Assembly (NCBI RefSeq): GCF_009834535.1
Contig: NC_045696.1
Span: 58,468,001-58,532,000 of the forward strand
DNA from: Camelus ferus
Taxonomy: Eukaryota
DNA length: 64,000 nt
Reading direction: 5' to 3'
Shown here piece after piece: positions 1-13,865 of this stretch. The notes under the pieces are model-generated. The model made no database searches. It saw only the letters and a list, made by a program, of their open reading frames with translations, and had not been told where the DNA came from. Each line of letters opens with the position of its first letter. Position 1 is the first letter of the stretch. The position numbers were made by a program, and so were the translations under genes.

Positions 1-1139
1 GCCGGACTCACTGAGGCCCAGGTCCGCTGGTTGACGGGCCTTGGGAGTGTCCACGGTGCAGCCTGCAGTGGTTCAGGGTTGAGAATAAAGATTTGACGAT
101 CCCCCTCAGCCTGGGTATTAGTTCACTAGGGGCAGGGTGTTGGGGTGGGGGACACAATTAAACCCGGGACAGTTTGCAAGTCCAGAGAAGCTGAGTAGCC
201 TCGTGATTACTTGTCCAAGGATTTTGGAACCTGCAGTTCTTAGCATTTCCCCCTCCTGTGAGGGGACTAACCGGGCCACCACACAGACGCTGTCTCCTGT
301 CCACACCCCTCCTCCGACACGCACCTGCAAACATAGATGCACACAGATGCACATCCACACATAACTTGGATATTTGAGAATACTTCCTCATTTCAGCACT
401 AGTGGGGAGATGAAGTAAAAGAAGGCTTACTCCAGCCTTTGCAGAGGTCCCTGGTACATGGTGTAATGATGCCCATGTGAGGACCAAGACTTCAGAGTCA
501 CAAACTCTAGAGACAAGGAGAACTGTGCAAAGTAGCAGCATCCAGATGGAGTTACTTTGTTAGGACGTTGGTCCTCAGACTTAGATGTGCGTGAGCATCA
601 CCTGGTGTTGAGGTGCTTATTTGAAGTATAGTCCTGGGGCTGCTGTCCCTGGAGCTTTGATTCAGGAGGTGTGAAGGGAACCCTCAGCCATTAGGTTTTA
701 AAAACACCAGCTTATAGAATGAGGAGCAGAGTTTCCACTAGGTGCAGGAGAGGCCCCTGGCAAGGGGTGAGTGGGCTGCCGAGGTTCAGGTCTCTGCTCC
801 TCTCGTTTTTTCTGCTCATCACATGAGACAGATTCTAAGAGTAGCCAGACCTTTGTCTTAGGGATCAGAAGGGAGCAGTGGTTCATCTCCAGGAAGGATG
901 AGGCCCCACAGTCACCTCTCCAGCCTCACTCTGGTGCCAGGGCGGGCTCACTGGGAAGGCCTGAGCAGGGTAGGGGTTTGGGCGAGGTCCCATGCTTGCA
1001 CTGTGGTTAGAGAGCCGATGCAGTCAGAGCATGCATCCTTGCAGATACCTGCTCCAGAGGCCTTACACCAGTAGCAAGCCCAAGGGCCCCTGTCCTTCCT
1101 GTCCATAGTTACCACTGCTGAACTCCTGCAAAGCAGTAG

Positions 1140-1345
1140 GACAAGGCTTTGGGGTCTGAGAGCCCTGCACTCAGATCGTGACCCTAAGCCATTTACTTGA
1201 TGCTGCTAAACCCCAGTTTCCCATCTGTGAAGTGGAGACAATACTTCTCCCATAGACTTGTCTAGAGAATTAAGTTAGATTATTGTGCCAGGTGTTAGCA
1301 CCATGCGTGGTGTGTGAAAATACTCGGAAGCGTGTTTATTATTGA
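1140..1345 (+). mobile_element. MIR SINE
   Basis: Core cccagtttcccatctgtgaagtggagacaata and MIR 3' part gttagcaccatgcgtgg. Confidence 0.65.
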
Positions 1346-2509
1346 TGCCAGCTCTCACGTGGAGCTGTAACTGACAGCACCACCACCTAAGTGCTGATAC
1401 CTGCCCAGGCTTTGCAGACTGCTTTTATAGCTGTTACCCCATTTCATCCTCAGATCCTACCGAGGCCGGAGTTTTTATTCCTAGTTCCTTGACGAAGAAA
1501 CTTAGGTTCAGAGAGGTTAAGGGCCTTGCCCAGGGACAGATAGTAGTCCCTTGGGGAGCTTGGAAGGAATCCTTCAGGCACAGCATAAACAGCAGACAGC
1601 TCTGAGATGGAGAGCTGAGGCCACCAGCAGCAGGGTGAGCAGACAGTGCTGAGTGGGGCCGATGGTGCTTCCAGGCTTGTGCACAAGTGGCCACGCTGCA
1701 GGTGACTGAGATGTGCCCACCAGCAGACCAGCCTGGGGGGAGGCAGGATTCAGGGATGGGGCAGAGCAGAAAGTCAGTGGGTGGTGTCAGCCACAGAGCC
1801 AGGGTTTATGGATGGGACCTGGAGGGCACAGAAGGGAGGAAGACAGGAAGTCTGGAAGGGGCCGGTCTTGGTCACGAGAGCAGGGGTGCCTCTAACCAGA
1901 ATGAAGAAGCTGGGGAGGAAAGCTAATTTGGGAGGAGTGGTGGAGAGGGAAGAGTTCTAAATCTTGTTGAGATTGGGGTGACAGTGGGACCTGCAGGTGG
2001 AAATACCTGGAAATAAGGGGCTTGGGTCAGAAGTCAGGGCTCGAGTCATCCTCAGCCTAGGTGATTGTGGAAGCCATGCAGTTGGATGAGATCTTTTGAG
2101 AACTGCAGGGACACAGAGATAGAACTAGAAGAGAGAGGGCGGTTGGAAAGGTGGGGAAGGGGTCTCCAGGCACCCGGTAGGAGGGCTTCTGGAAGGTAAT
2201 TGTGGTTGTGGGGTGTCTGGTGTGCACTCACTGGACGAGGCCTGAAGCCCGGCGGTGAGAAGCCAGTGGTGCCGGGGCCAAGGAGAGAGGGCGGGGTAGG
2301 GGGTAATGTGGCAGCACTGGGTGCAACCACTCCCCAGAGATTTTCAGAGAAGGGAGAGAGTATCACACTTCTCTAAGTGTGGTTGCAGGAAGTGGGACAA
2401 GGGCAGCAAAGGCTTTTAAAAGACCCTGGAGATCTATGCTTTTCTGAGGCAGAGTGGAGGGAACCAGTGGACAGAAAGAGACTGAAAATTATAAACCCTT
2501 ATCAAATGC

Positions 2510-2740
2510 CTGTCATTTATTAGAGCACGTAGGCTCTTAGCAACTGTTAGTTGCTTGACTGACTACTTGCTTTACATACACTGTCTGCTCTTCATAAGGA
2601 TCCCAGGAAGTAGGTATCACATTTAACAGAAAAGAAAATGGAAGCTCAGAGGGGTTTGGTAGCTGACTTAAGGTCACACAGCTGGTAAGTAATCTGGATT
2701 TGAACCCAGACCCCTGTCACTCCTTAGCCCATACTCTCCC
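2510..2740 (-). mobile_element. MIR SINE
   Basis: atggaagctcagaggggtttggtagctgacttaaggtcacacagctggtaagt...ggatttgaacccaga. Confidence 0.7.
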
Positions 2741-3104
2741 CACCAGATAATGGAGGGTGCTTCACGTCTCCAGTAGAGACTGGGGGGAGGGGAGCTCAGG
2801 TTTAGGGGCTTCTACCCATGGCAAGGAGACAGCCCAAACCTGGAGAGGCTCCCTTCCCTAAAAGGGGCTCTTCTACACTTCACAGAATGCCTTCTTAATA
2901 GCCACCTTAGAGGGAGTCTTTGCTAACGGTTCAGGTTTCTTCATGTTTAAACATGAAGAGGTTTTTTTCAAGTAGAGTTTTAGAAAGAATACAAAGTGAT
3001 TTTTTTCTCATGTGCTCACCTGAGTGATTGGGGGACAGTGGAAGTGCTTGCCTGTACACGAGCTTCTCCTAATGACCGTCTCCCCCCATCCCCGATTCCT
3101 GCAG

Positions 3105-3235
3105 TCCCGAGGCGCCCCCAGCCCCAGAACCCACCTGGGAAGAGCAGCAGACCAACGTGCTGCATCTCGCTGGGCACAACTTCCGTGAGACCCTGAAGAG
3201 GAAAAAGCACACCTTGGTCATGTTCTATGCCCCTT
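3105..3235 (+). CDS. PDIA5: PDIA5 internal coding exon (start of third catalytic thioredoxin domain)
   Basis: Acceptor ttcctgcag|T, donor T|gtaagt. Translates to PEAPPAPEPTWEEQQTNVLHLAGHNFRETLKRKKHTLVMFYAP plus the first base of Trp, recognised as PDIA5. 131 nt. Confidence 0.96.
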
Positions 3236-6200
3236 GTAAGTAGCTGGGGTGGGCCCGACCAGTGAGAGGGCCCCCCAGGGACCAGGGCAGCCGACTCTGT
3301 GCTGTCTCCACTGTGAGCAGGGCTTCCGCTTTCATTCCAGGCTGAGGTCCTTCCAAATCCAGGGCCTCCTCCGTCAGCTCTGTCAGGTTCTGTCCTCATA
3401 TCAGTCTTAAAGCCCTCTGCTGCTGTGGCAGGGGCCTGCCTTGTCATTCAGTTTCCTTGTCCTTGGAATCTTCTAGGCTGCCTGCCTCCCACCCAGCCAC
3501 TTCCTTCCGCCCCTCAGTTCCCTCCATCCCTCTAGGCACTGACTTTCCCTTGGAGCCCTGGAATTTAGCAACTGGGAATCCAGCCAGCCTAGTTAGGCCT
3601 CTGCTTCCTAACTGGTCTTTCTGAACACCTCCAGCCCAGCCTCCTTTCCCCTCTTTGCCCAAGTGTCTGAAAAGCCACGGGTTTGAAGCTGTGGTAAAAG
3701 TAGAGTCACATTTTCTCTGAGCTACCCCCACCCCGCAACCAATGACGATCCTCGTTTTAATCAAAGCTTAAGTTGAGGGAGTGGCACGTCTGCTAATGTC
3801 GGTGTTGATGATCTTGGGTTTTGTGTGATCCCATTTTAAAGCTGTTCATTGATACACAAAGGGAAGTCTCTTGAACTTCTCGCTCTTCTGTCGCCCTCTC
3901 TCCCCGCCAGATTACAGCTTAGGTTAACAGAATGGGGATAATAAAGCTGCGCTCCACAGAGAAGCCAGGCAGCTCAGTCTGGTCCTAGGCTCCTGCCCCT
4001 ACCTTTCCAGTGTCAGCAATCTAGAAAGTCTCTCCTCAGCTCTCACTGTCTGGCCAGGTGGCTCTGGCCCCGCCATCGCCCAGCCTCAGACCCTGCCCCC
4101 AGGTGGCTGGCACGTCCCTCTGTTTCTGCCTTTTCTTCTGCAGGTGGGCCTTGTGCTCTTGCAGTTCCTTGTAGAGCTTCTTGCTGTCCTCCTCTGTCCT
4201 TAGAGTACGCCTGGAGGACCGAGTGGACTTTAAGAAGTTGTCTTCCTTCCGGGCAGAGTTGGGGGTGTAGGACTGAGACCCAGGGGATGCAACAAGTTAG
4301 TGACAGAGCCCTTCCTGAAGCCTGGGCTGGTGCTGTCTTTCCATCACAGCCGCGATTCAGAGGGTAAGGGCTACCTCAGCAGCCGGCCAGAACCTGGCAA
4401 GAGAAGTAGGAGCCCTTGACTGGCCATGGCCTGGACTTGAGGCAGTCCAGACCAGATGCTTTCCCCTTCACCCCAGACCTCAGTGGGGATTCCTCCCCTG
4501 CTGAGGTGCTCACGACCTCCCTCATATCTGTGTGCTGGGTGGTGTCCAGGACCCAGGACACAAGGGAAGGAGGCCTGGCCCCTGCCAGCCTCAAGGGCTC
4601 ACTGTCTGCTCTGACAAGAAATAATTAAACACAGTCCATGCAGGGCACCATCACTGAGTGACTCAACTTCTGTCAGAGGGCTGGGTGCCTAGGGTCTCCC
4701 ATCTCCCCTGCTGGACGTTCCCATCCGGAACTCTGCTCCAGGCTCCTAGTATGGTGTCTTCATCCGTGGACAGGGCCAGGGGAGGGGGAAGCAGCTAGAT
4801 ACCAAAAAAACTTAAAAATTTTTTCAATGATAAAAATAATATATCCTTATTTATAGTATATACAGTACATAACATGTACTTATTTATATATAAAGAATCT
4901 AAATACTGCAGAAAGGTCACACACCTGATAAAGGTAGATATAAAGTAAAAATCAAAAGCCAACCCCCATTTCTACCCCCCCACCCGTCCCATCTTCCCCC
5001 TCACATCCCACCTCCCAGTTTCTACACAACTCTTCCTCCTGCTGTGTCATTATTCTCTCCTGTTCCAGACCCCCTCGTCCCCACCCTGGCCCCCACCCCC
5101 CACTCCTTGCTCTGAATGGCCTGGTCACAGTGACTGCTCTTCTTAGGTCAGCTTGGCTAAGTCTCTAGAATTGAAATTTTCTGTCCTCAGTCTTTGTTCC
5201 TCTCCCCACTCTGGGAGGCTGCTTTGGTTTCCCACTACACAGAGATGGTACCTTTTTAAAAGAGCCCAAATTAAAAGATCATGCCTCTTTGGGCCCATCT
5301 GACACCTCTGGGAAGCATCTTCATGCCCTTTCTAAAACAGCCTCCCCTCTAGTTACTCATCTGCTATCCTCTTTCTTTTGGATAATGAGAAAATGAGATG
5401 TACCAGAAGGCCATTAATCTGAGACCTAGATGCTTTAAATTGATGGTAGCAGGAATTTGCACTAGGCTGACAGTGACCTTTATACATTTAGTAAGCAGAG
5501 GGGTTAGAAGGGAGAAATTAGTAGTGATACCGGATTTGGGAGAAGGGAGTAGCTTATTTCTGGGCAGCTTGATGTCTTAGTGGGTATCCATGTACCACTC
5601 ACAGGAGGAAGTAGGGAGTGGGGAACCTCTGGATGCTGCAGGGCACGCCTTGATGAGTGTATCAGCCAGCACTTTGTGCCCTTTAAATGTTTTGAAAGCT
5701 ATATATCATCATTCCTTTGTAATATGAAGTTTTCATGAATTTCAGCCATTCTTCCCTCTGTTGAGTCAAATTAGTAAAGGGTTTTGTAATTTACATTAGC
5801 ATCTGCCATGACTTAGGCTGTGATAGGTGCTGTCTCAGTCTGGTGTAACCCGTAACCAGCCCAGCTCTCTTCTCTACTCCTATGATGGATGTTGGGAAAA
5901 TCCCCTTAAGCCTTTTCCCCGTCGCAGTCCACGCTGCTCTGGGCCCAGCTGGCCCCTCCGCCAGCCAGGCCATATGGGTGGTCCCGCCCATCTCAGGAAC
6001 CAGCTCAAGTGCTCAATTCAGATTAAAGTTGTAGCTTAGCCTCAATTTGGTTTCACAAAACCCTTTGAAATGCCAGTCATTATTATCTTATTTTAAAAGG
6101 AGAGAGAGGAAATGAGCCAAGCCATCTCTGTTCCCTTCCCCACAGCCGCAGTGAGGGCACAGAGGCCTGGCCCAGCAGTTCGTAGGGAAATTGGCTGGAG

Positions 6201-7332
6201 CCAGGTCTCCCCGTGGGACATCTGGCCTCTCCTATCTGTGTTTTGATCAGAATTAATTAGGGAAATCCTTCCCTCAAAGCAGTTCTGTTCTCTTGGCAGT
6301 TGTGTTCAGTGTCTGGAGAGTAGCTGAGAGAGGTGGGCTTGGGTTTTGATTGGCCAACACTGAGGGAAGGGCCAGGAAAGCGGGTCTGGGCCAAAGTGGC
6401 CTGTAGCCTCCTGGGCTTCCTCCTCAGTGGATGCTGCCTTGGGCTTGCTGGGACAGGAGGAGAAGGCCCCACACAGGTGCCAGCCCCATGCCTTAGATGC
6501 TGTCATCGGAGCTGGAGGGGCTTAGGCGGCACACACACCTCTGTCCCACCCTGGCCTCTGGAGTTACAGGTCCTTATCCCTGGATCGGAAACGCAGGCCC
6601 TAAGAAGTGGCGGGGACTCCTGAGAGCTTGTCCTCCTCCTAGCCTGACCTTGAGCCTCCCGTTCCTGAATCCGGGGTAGACTGTGGAGCAGAGGGTGAAG
6701 GACAGCATGAGGCCCAGGGGCCTGGTTGCTCAGTCTGCGTGGGGGGTTGTGGGAATGTAGGAGTCAGCCGCAAAGCATGAGCCTCGGGGGCTCAGGCAGA
6801 ATGGTGGCTCCTGGCCCCTGCTTTCCCAGGCCCACTTTCTCCATCATGAAACAGGGAGATTTGCCATTGTCACTGATGCAAGAGAAGGGGCTTTGTAGCA
6901 GGCTCAGGGAATCCAGAGCACATGTCCTCCTCTTCTAAGCCCAGAGCTCCCTCTGCACCCTGGGTAGCCCTCTGTGGAAGGAGCTTGCCGAGCAAGACCA
7001 CAGTGTCCATCTCCCCTACCCCCAGCCTCGTGGGTGGGTGTATGACGGGAGTCTTGGGTGAGAGGTCCGGAGCGGGAGTGGACCTGATGCTGGCACAGGC
7101 CTCCTGCAGAGCCCTCGTGCTGACAGCAGACTCATGCATGGTGGTTTGAGTGGTGGGGTTGGTACAAGACCCCTGACAGTGGGGTGTGCATAGGGTAGGA
7201 GTCAGGTGAATCCTCTCAGTCTGTTGGGTGGAGAGAAACTCCTGGAAAGGCCTCTCTGGAGCGTCCCGGCAGGGCCCCTGGCGCTGCAGCCTCCCCTGCA
7301 CGTGCAACACTCTCTCCTCCCCTCTCACGCAG

Positions 7333-7403
7333 GGTGCCCACACTGTAAGAAGGTTATTCCACACTTTACTGCCACTGCTGATGTCTTCAAAGATGACCGA
7401 AAG
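7333..7403 (+). CDS. PDIA5: PDIA5 coding exon carrying the CPHC active site
   Basis: Acceptor ctctcacgcag|GG, donor AAG|gtaaga. Encodes (W)CPHCKKVIPHFTATADVFKDDRK; phase matches the upstream exon (T|GG = Trp). Confidence 0.97.
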
Positions 7404-10400
7404 GTAAGAATGCGTTTTTTCACCTCTTGTTCTGCCCCCAGCTTTGCCGCACACCAGTGCCTGCACCTTCTATTCAGGTGCCCTCCCCCCCAAATAGATG
7501 CTGCTGAGACCCGGGATTCCTGGCAACCAGGACATTCTTTTCATGAGGCGGGATAGAACAGGCTGCATTTATGCTGCAGAATCAACTAAAAGGGATACAC
7601 TGAACCGTTACAACCCTTCTTTGGAGGAGAGGGTGTTGAAAGGATCATCTGTTTATTCTTTTTTAGTGCTCAAATCTTTTTACAGTAGGATTTGTAGTCA
7701 AGCATTTCTTATATAATTAAAAGTACAAATGAAGAATTCTAACAAAAGTCACCTAGAGGCAGCCAAAGTGGAGAAGAGCAAGGCCACGTGTGCAGGGCCT
7801 CATCCCACCTAAGTGAAAGGCTCCTACAGCTGCCAACTGATGAAGCATAAAATTAACAAGCTAGAGCTGGAGATTGGATTAGAAGTGCGGAGAGGGGCCC
7901 CCAGGCACGTCCCCCAGGCGTTGCCAGCAGCCAGGGCAGACTCAGGCTAAAGGCGCGTTTAGCAGGGAGAACCCCGGAACTTGGGCTGGTGCATCTTGGC
8001 TGCTGCTAAACTGTGTGACCTAGGAGAAGTCACGTCAACTTTCCAGGCTTCGAGTTCCCTTCTCTGAAGTTGGGGTGCTGGTCTGGGTAGTGTCAAAGAC
8101 TCCTCCCAGCCTGGGACTCCATCATAGGAACCTGCCCTGGGAAAGGTGCCAGAAACGCCCTCACACACACCCAGAGTCTCATACATCTCTGCCTTGCTGC
8201 CTTATTTTCCTAAGTGAAACCGTCAGGCGCAGCCAGGGCAGGCAGGGTACAGATGCCAAGATCACCTTGCATCGGCCTGGTGGGAGTGACAGTGATGGGA
8301 CGGTGAGAGCTGCACGGGGGCAGTGAGTCAGAGGAAGCCAGCCTGGGGCACAGGTGCATGTGTGGAGACTCAGACCCCCAAGCCCTGCCTGGCCCTTGAG
8401 GCACCCTTCACCACCAGGAGAGGACATGAGATTCAAAAACATTTTTCTCCTTTCCCTGCGCTTGGCCTACATGGAGAGGGGCGTGTCTCTGTCCCCCTCA
8501 CCACCCCTCCCCCTTCTGCCACCTGGGGCCTGAGCAGGGTGGCTGCTCCCACTTTGGGAGCTCCTGCACAGCCTGGGCTACCAGTCCCTCCAGGGCTCCC
8601 TCACCATCTGGGTGTGGGTCGGTGTGGGGAGGCCTTCACTTTCCAGGTCCAGGACTAGACTGGCAGTCTTTCCACATCAACTCCCATCATTCTTTACCCA
8701 GAACACTCTGGACCAACAAGAGAGTGACAGGTGTGGGGGCTCCCTGCCCCTCCGGCTGACTAGGTCTCCACACTCCAGGGTCTGTGAAAGGATCATGTCG
8801 GTTCCAGTGAGGCCAGTGTGGCCAAGCCCCAGGAGGCAGCCAAGGGCCCTTCCTCCTCTTCCCCATCTCGTCCCCTCTACTGATGCCCACGGGTCCCATT
8901 TCCATGGTGACCCCCTCCTTCTCTGCGTCACTGTTATGTCTTTGCTTAATTGTCTTATCTTAGACCAGTAATGTTGCTGGTCTTCTCCTGGGATCATTCC
9001 CTCTGTCCCTCCTTCCAACTTACTATTCCAAGCCAGGCATCACCCTCAGGTATCTTCAGGAACACACTTAACTTCTCTGTCCCAGGCAGCTGGAAGGCCT
9101 GGGGTTCCTGCAGGTGGCTCTCAGTAGCGGTAGGGAAGCATTCTGTCCCCAGCCTGAGGTACAGTTGCTGGGTGCTGTCCTAGAGCTATCACACTGGAGT
9201 CTTTGGGAGATGGTTCCAGGAATTTGTGATTTTCAAGAGCTGGCTCTCTTGCTGTCCACAGGCTGGTGTTTGGGGATTGCTGACCTGTCCAGCCCTCTCC
9301 TCATGAGGGATCAAGGTCCAGAGAGGAGCTGTGTCCCTTACCCAGGGACACCCAGTGGGTCACTGACAACTGGGTCTCCTGACTCCCAGTTCTTCCTGAC
9401 ACCACATGCTGCCACCTCTTAGCCAGGATGGCACTTTTTTTTCCCACCCAGAAGCTGGTCCCTGTTCCTTCCCCAATCAATATGCAGTCGGTTGTTCGCT
9501 TCCATTTTCATAGCGAAAGTCAATATTAGCTCCTACAGAGATTTATTTTACTGAATCAATAAAGCCGCATGAGGCAGCTCATATTTTTAACTGGGGAGCC
9601 TCCACCCCCTCCCAGGAGGTTACTGGGGACTTTAGCTGTTGACTTGTTGGGGGAAGAAAGCGCTGCACGCTCTTGCTGTTGGAATGGAAGGCATTCTGGA
9701 AGGGGCCTTGGAGGACAAGGATCACCAGTGGAAGGCTGGCGGGTGCAGGGGTCAGGGGACCCCTGGCCTGGCAAAGTGTGTCCCCAGGGGTGAGGGGACA
9801 GCTGTGCAGCATAGCTCCCAGCTGGCTGCAAGGTCATCCCAGGAGCAGACCCTGGGGCAGCAGGAGCCCCTCTGTGGCTGGCCCACAAGGCCACTGTAAC
9901 TCTGGACGTGTTGTGTATCATCCCTCGAGTTCACAAGACTGGCTGTCCCTCAGAAGGGAGAGCTCCCTGAGGGCAGGCACCTCATTTGTCCTTGAATCCC
10001 CCACAGTCTTGTTGCCTGAAACCTCTGAAAATGTTGACTGAATGAAGGAGCAATAGCATGTTTGATATTTCCTGAGAGCTCCTCTTCTGCTAATAATTTT
10101 AACACATGATGTCATGTTGTCCTCGCAGTACCTTAATCAACTAGGTGTAATTACTCTCTTGTGTTACAGGTGAGGAGATTGAATCTCAGAGAGGTTCAAT
10201 GATTAGCCCAAAGTTACTCAGCTGGAAAGGGGCAGTGTCAGAGCCGAATGCAGATCTCCCAGAAGTGGACTCCGGGCCTGGGATTCAGTGCAAAGGATTT
10301 TTGGGGAGGTGGTCTCGGGTGGTAGTTGAGGGGATGGAGGAAGGGATACTGGACACGAAAGGGTACATTAATGAGCAAATGACCACATGGGTGACTGGCC

Positions 10401-11719
10401 TGTCCTGGAGACCTCACCAGGGACGAAGTTGTGCCCCTCAGAGGCTGAGGAAGCCAGAGACGTGTCCATCACTGGTCTTACTTCCAGCTCCCTTTGACCA
10501 AGAGGTGCAGGTACCAGAGGCAGTTGCTGGGCCAAGGAGATGCTACAGGGCAGCCTCCCACCATGGAACAAATCTGGAAGTTAGTGTACATTCACTATAG
10601 GTGAGTCAGTGCAAATCTTGAGTGCGTATAAGCGGGGCAGGCATTTAGACAGGTGAAATCAGGATAGATGAGAAGTGGTTTATTCGCTGCCTCTTTCCAG
10701 AGTCTAAGCCGCTTCCCGTGGAGAGGCCCCTGCTTGTCTCCCCTCCTATAGAAACTGCATGGAGGAGCCTTTGCAGCCAGAAGTAGCACTTTGGGTGTGT
10801 GTGACTGGCAGCTATTTTAGGGGATTCAGAATAAGTACACATTTTTAATTTAGTCGATTTATAAAACCATACACACATTTCCCACAGCTCTGGGGCATGT
10901 ATACAAATTAAATTCATAATTTAAAGCGGATGCGGGGAGAGCAGCGGCCTGGAGCAATGCTCATCAAACACTCACTGCCTAGCAGGGGAGCGATGGCCCC
11001 CAGCCGAGGGCTGGAAGCACAGGCTGCCCCTCTGTGGCTGCCTGGAGAAACGGCCAGAGGAGCCAGTTCCTCACGTTTGTAAATAATTCAGGAAGGGCTT
11101 TAGAGGGCGAGCTGGGGTTCTCAGAAGCCTGCAGGGCCTGGCCTGCCAGTGCACGTGGACACAGGCAGACAGCAAGTTGAACCTTCCCTCAGGAGACAGC
11201 CGCCCCTCTGCTCCAGCCCCGTGTTGCCTATTGGGGTCCAAGACAGGTGCCCTCAAATGTGGCTTTTAAAGAGAAGCTGGAGAGCCAAGCTTTATATAAA
11301 ATCTTCTGGCTCTCTTTCTAAGTTGGCAGCTAATTCACATTTTTTGTTGTTGTTGTTGTTAATTCTCTGTGGGCCAAATAGAACAGGACTGAGAGCCAGA
11401 TATGGATTGCGTGCAGTGGGTTTGCAAACTCTCATCATCTAGAATGTTATGTAGCTGAAGAAGGAGAGAGGAATCGTGCAGTCGGGTGAGGGAGGATCAG
11501 AGACTGGTAACCAGAGTGCAGGCCACACCTCACCCTCCTCTCTGTCAGCCCTGCTGCTGGCAGAACGGTAGCCCCGCTCACCTGGGCACAGGGAGGTAAC
11601 AGTCAACGTGACCCCTGGAAAGGGGGCCTCTGTCCACATGTGAATAACCAGCAGCCACAGAACGCTGTGAGTCACGGCTGTTTAGCAGTTGTAAACCTCC
11701 AGCGTGGTAGTGGTTCAGT

Positions 11720-12110
11720 CTGGGCTCCTGAGTGGGCTCCGGCCCTCGGAGGCACCACACCCATCCCTCTCTCAGGTCCCAGGAGGGCAGGTCCTTCTAT
11801 CTGGGTGCTCTTTCCTCAGCCCTTCATTCGTCTGGCTGCCTCCTCATCACTTAGGTCTCAGATCAGACGTTATCTCCTGGAAGGTGCCCTCGTCCATCCT
11901 GGCGAAAGCAGCCCTTGTGACTATGGTCTCATCCAAGCCCCTTCTTTTAATTTCTTCACAGCATCCCTTGGATTCTGAAATGATCTTGCTTGTTGTGTGT
12001 CTATTAACTGCCTTCCCACAGTACAGATGTCCATTGCTTAGTGACTGCCTTTGCCAAGGTCACCACTGTCATCCTAGTGTCTGGCACGGGCTTGGCCCGT
12101 AGCAAGACCT
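11720..12110 (+). mobile_element. L2 3' fragment
   Basis: cttaggtctcagatcagacgttatctcctggaagg...cctagtgtctggcacgggcttggcccgtag, L2a-like 3' end. Confidence 0.6.
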
Positions 12111-13261
12111 CCATGCATGCCGCCTCTCAGTAGCCTCCGCCAGCCCTTTTCTGTGATGCTGGCGGATCGCTGTTGCTGTTAATTGACTCTCTCCCCTCCT
12201 TCCCTGCTTAGTGACGCTCAGCAGGAGAACAGTTCCTCGTGTCTGCTTTTTACCCCCTTATTGGGAAAGAGCAATAAACAGGGAAAAACTACCCAGCATG
12301 TGGAATTTGTTAGATGGGCAGGAAGAGGCCAACAGCTAATTTGGGAACCTCTTTCAGACCAAAAACTCTGCTCTAGTCATACGGAACCCCATCCCCATTT
12401 CTAGAGTGTGCTCCCCTGGCTGAAACCTGCTTCTCCTCCGTCAGGCCTCGGCCCAGGTGGCAAACCCTGCCGAGCGCCTCTGCGCCGCTCCCCGGACCTT
12501 CTTGGCCCCCTGGCCCACCTCCACACACCTCCTGTTGTGCCTTGGAACTGCCTCTTTATCTGACACCCTGACCAGATGCTCGGCTCCTGTCGGGGACAGA
12601 GCTTGTGCCCCGGGCCGGTAGGAGTGACTATAACAGCAGGTGACATTTACTGACCGTGTGCCGGGTCCTGAGCCCCTTTCACATCATCTGGATTCTCCCA
12701 CTCAGCCTTTGTAATGTCCTGGTAACCTCGGTATTGTTGTTATCCCCATTTTCAGGTGAGGACATTGAGGTACCAAGAGGCTAGGTAATTTTCCTTAAGT
12801 CTTAATATGCAGCCAAGGCTTGACATGGGAAACTTGACTTCAAAGCTTGTATTCTTAACCTTGGTACTATACTGCGTCCCCAAACTGATGTTTGGGAAAT
12901 ATTAGTTGATACATGAATGAGTCCCACAGTACCTTACAGAAAGCGTCACAAAACCTGTGGTGTTTACAACTGCTCTCATGTCCTAATTTCCTTTACAGTC
13001 ATTATGGTCTTGATTTTAAAGGGTAGTCTGAGGGCACTCCAGGCTGGGTCCCCTAACCTTACCTTACTGGAGAGTTGAAACCACGCATGGTGGAGCTCTG
13101 GGCTGGGGATGCTTTGGTTCAGCGTATCCTTGCAATGGGGGAGGAAATCAGGAAGCACATGACGTGGGCCTGAAGTATAGGCTAAGTGCAGCCTGAGGAC
13201 AGAGGGTCCAGGCCTCAGCTGTCAGACTGGAGGCTCACCCTCCCTGTCTTCGGCCCTGCAG

Positions 13262-13396
13262 ATTGTCTGTGCCGCTGTTGACTGTGTCCAGGAGAAGAAC
13301 CGGGACCTGTGTCAGCAGGAGGCCGTCAAGGCCTACCCCACTTTCCACTACTACCATTACGGGAAGTTTGCAGAAAAGTATGACAGCGATCGGACG
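13262..13396 (+). CDS. PDIA5: PDIA5 penultimate coding exon
   Basis: Acceptor ccctgcag|ATT, donor ACG|gtaagt. 45 codons, IVCAAVDCVQEKNRDLCQQEAVKAYPTFHYYHYGKFAEKYDSDRT, including the thioredoxin YPT cis-Pro loop. Confidence 0.97.
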
Positions 13397-13784
13397 GTAA
13401 GTTATGGAGACGCATGTGCCCCAAGCTCTGTCTGCTGATGTCAGGGAAATAGCCACCGAGGAGGCTTCCCAGACAGCACGGGGGGCAGCTGGAACGTTCC
13501 GAGCCCAGAAGGCCAGGGTCCGGAAGACAGTCCCAAGGGGTCTTCACACAAGTACTGGCCCCTGAGCCAGGGTGGATTCCGGGGTGCCGAGGTTTTCCTC
13601 ACCCACTTCTCAGGGCCTCTCCATAGTCAAGCAGACCCTCCACTATGGCCAGCTGCCCCCACCAGCCGCCTCTCTGTGTCCAGCGGACTGAGCGGAGGGT
13701 CAGGGAGGGGGAGTGAGGGGGAGGGGGCACATCCACATCAGGTTAAAGTTCCTATTTTCCCCTTCCTCTTCCCCTTCCCGACAG

Positions 13785-13865
13785 GAATTGGGATTTACCA
13801 GTTTTATCCGAACGCTCCGGGAGGGAGACCACGAGAGACTAGGAAAGAAGAAGGAAGAGTTGTAA
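13785..13865 (+). CDS. PDIA5: PDIA5 last coding exon ending in KEEL (KDEL-like ER retrieval signal)
   Basis: Polypyrimidine tract then acag|GAA; encodes ELGFTSFIRTLREGDHERLGKKKEEL followed by TAA at 13863-13865. Confidence 0.97.
   Translation, partial: ELGFTSFIRTLREGDHERLGKKKEEL

Noticed and set aside
6870..7556. 198-aa (-) ORF and the intronic parts of the 116-aa (+) ORF
   Set aside because: Shadow frames in a GC-rich PDIA5 intron; only 7333-7403 has splice sites and homology.
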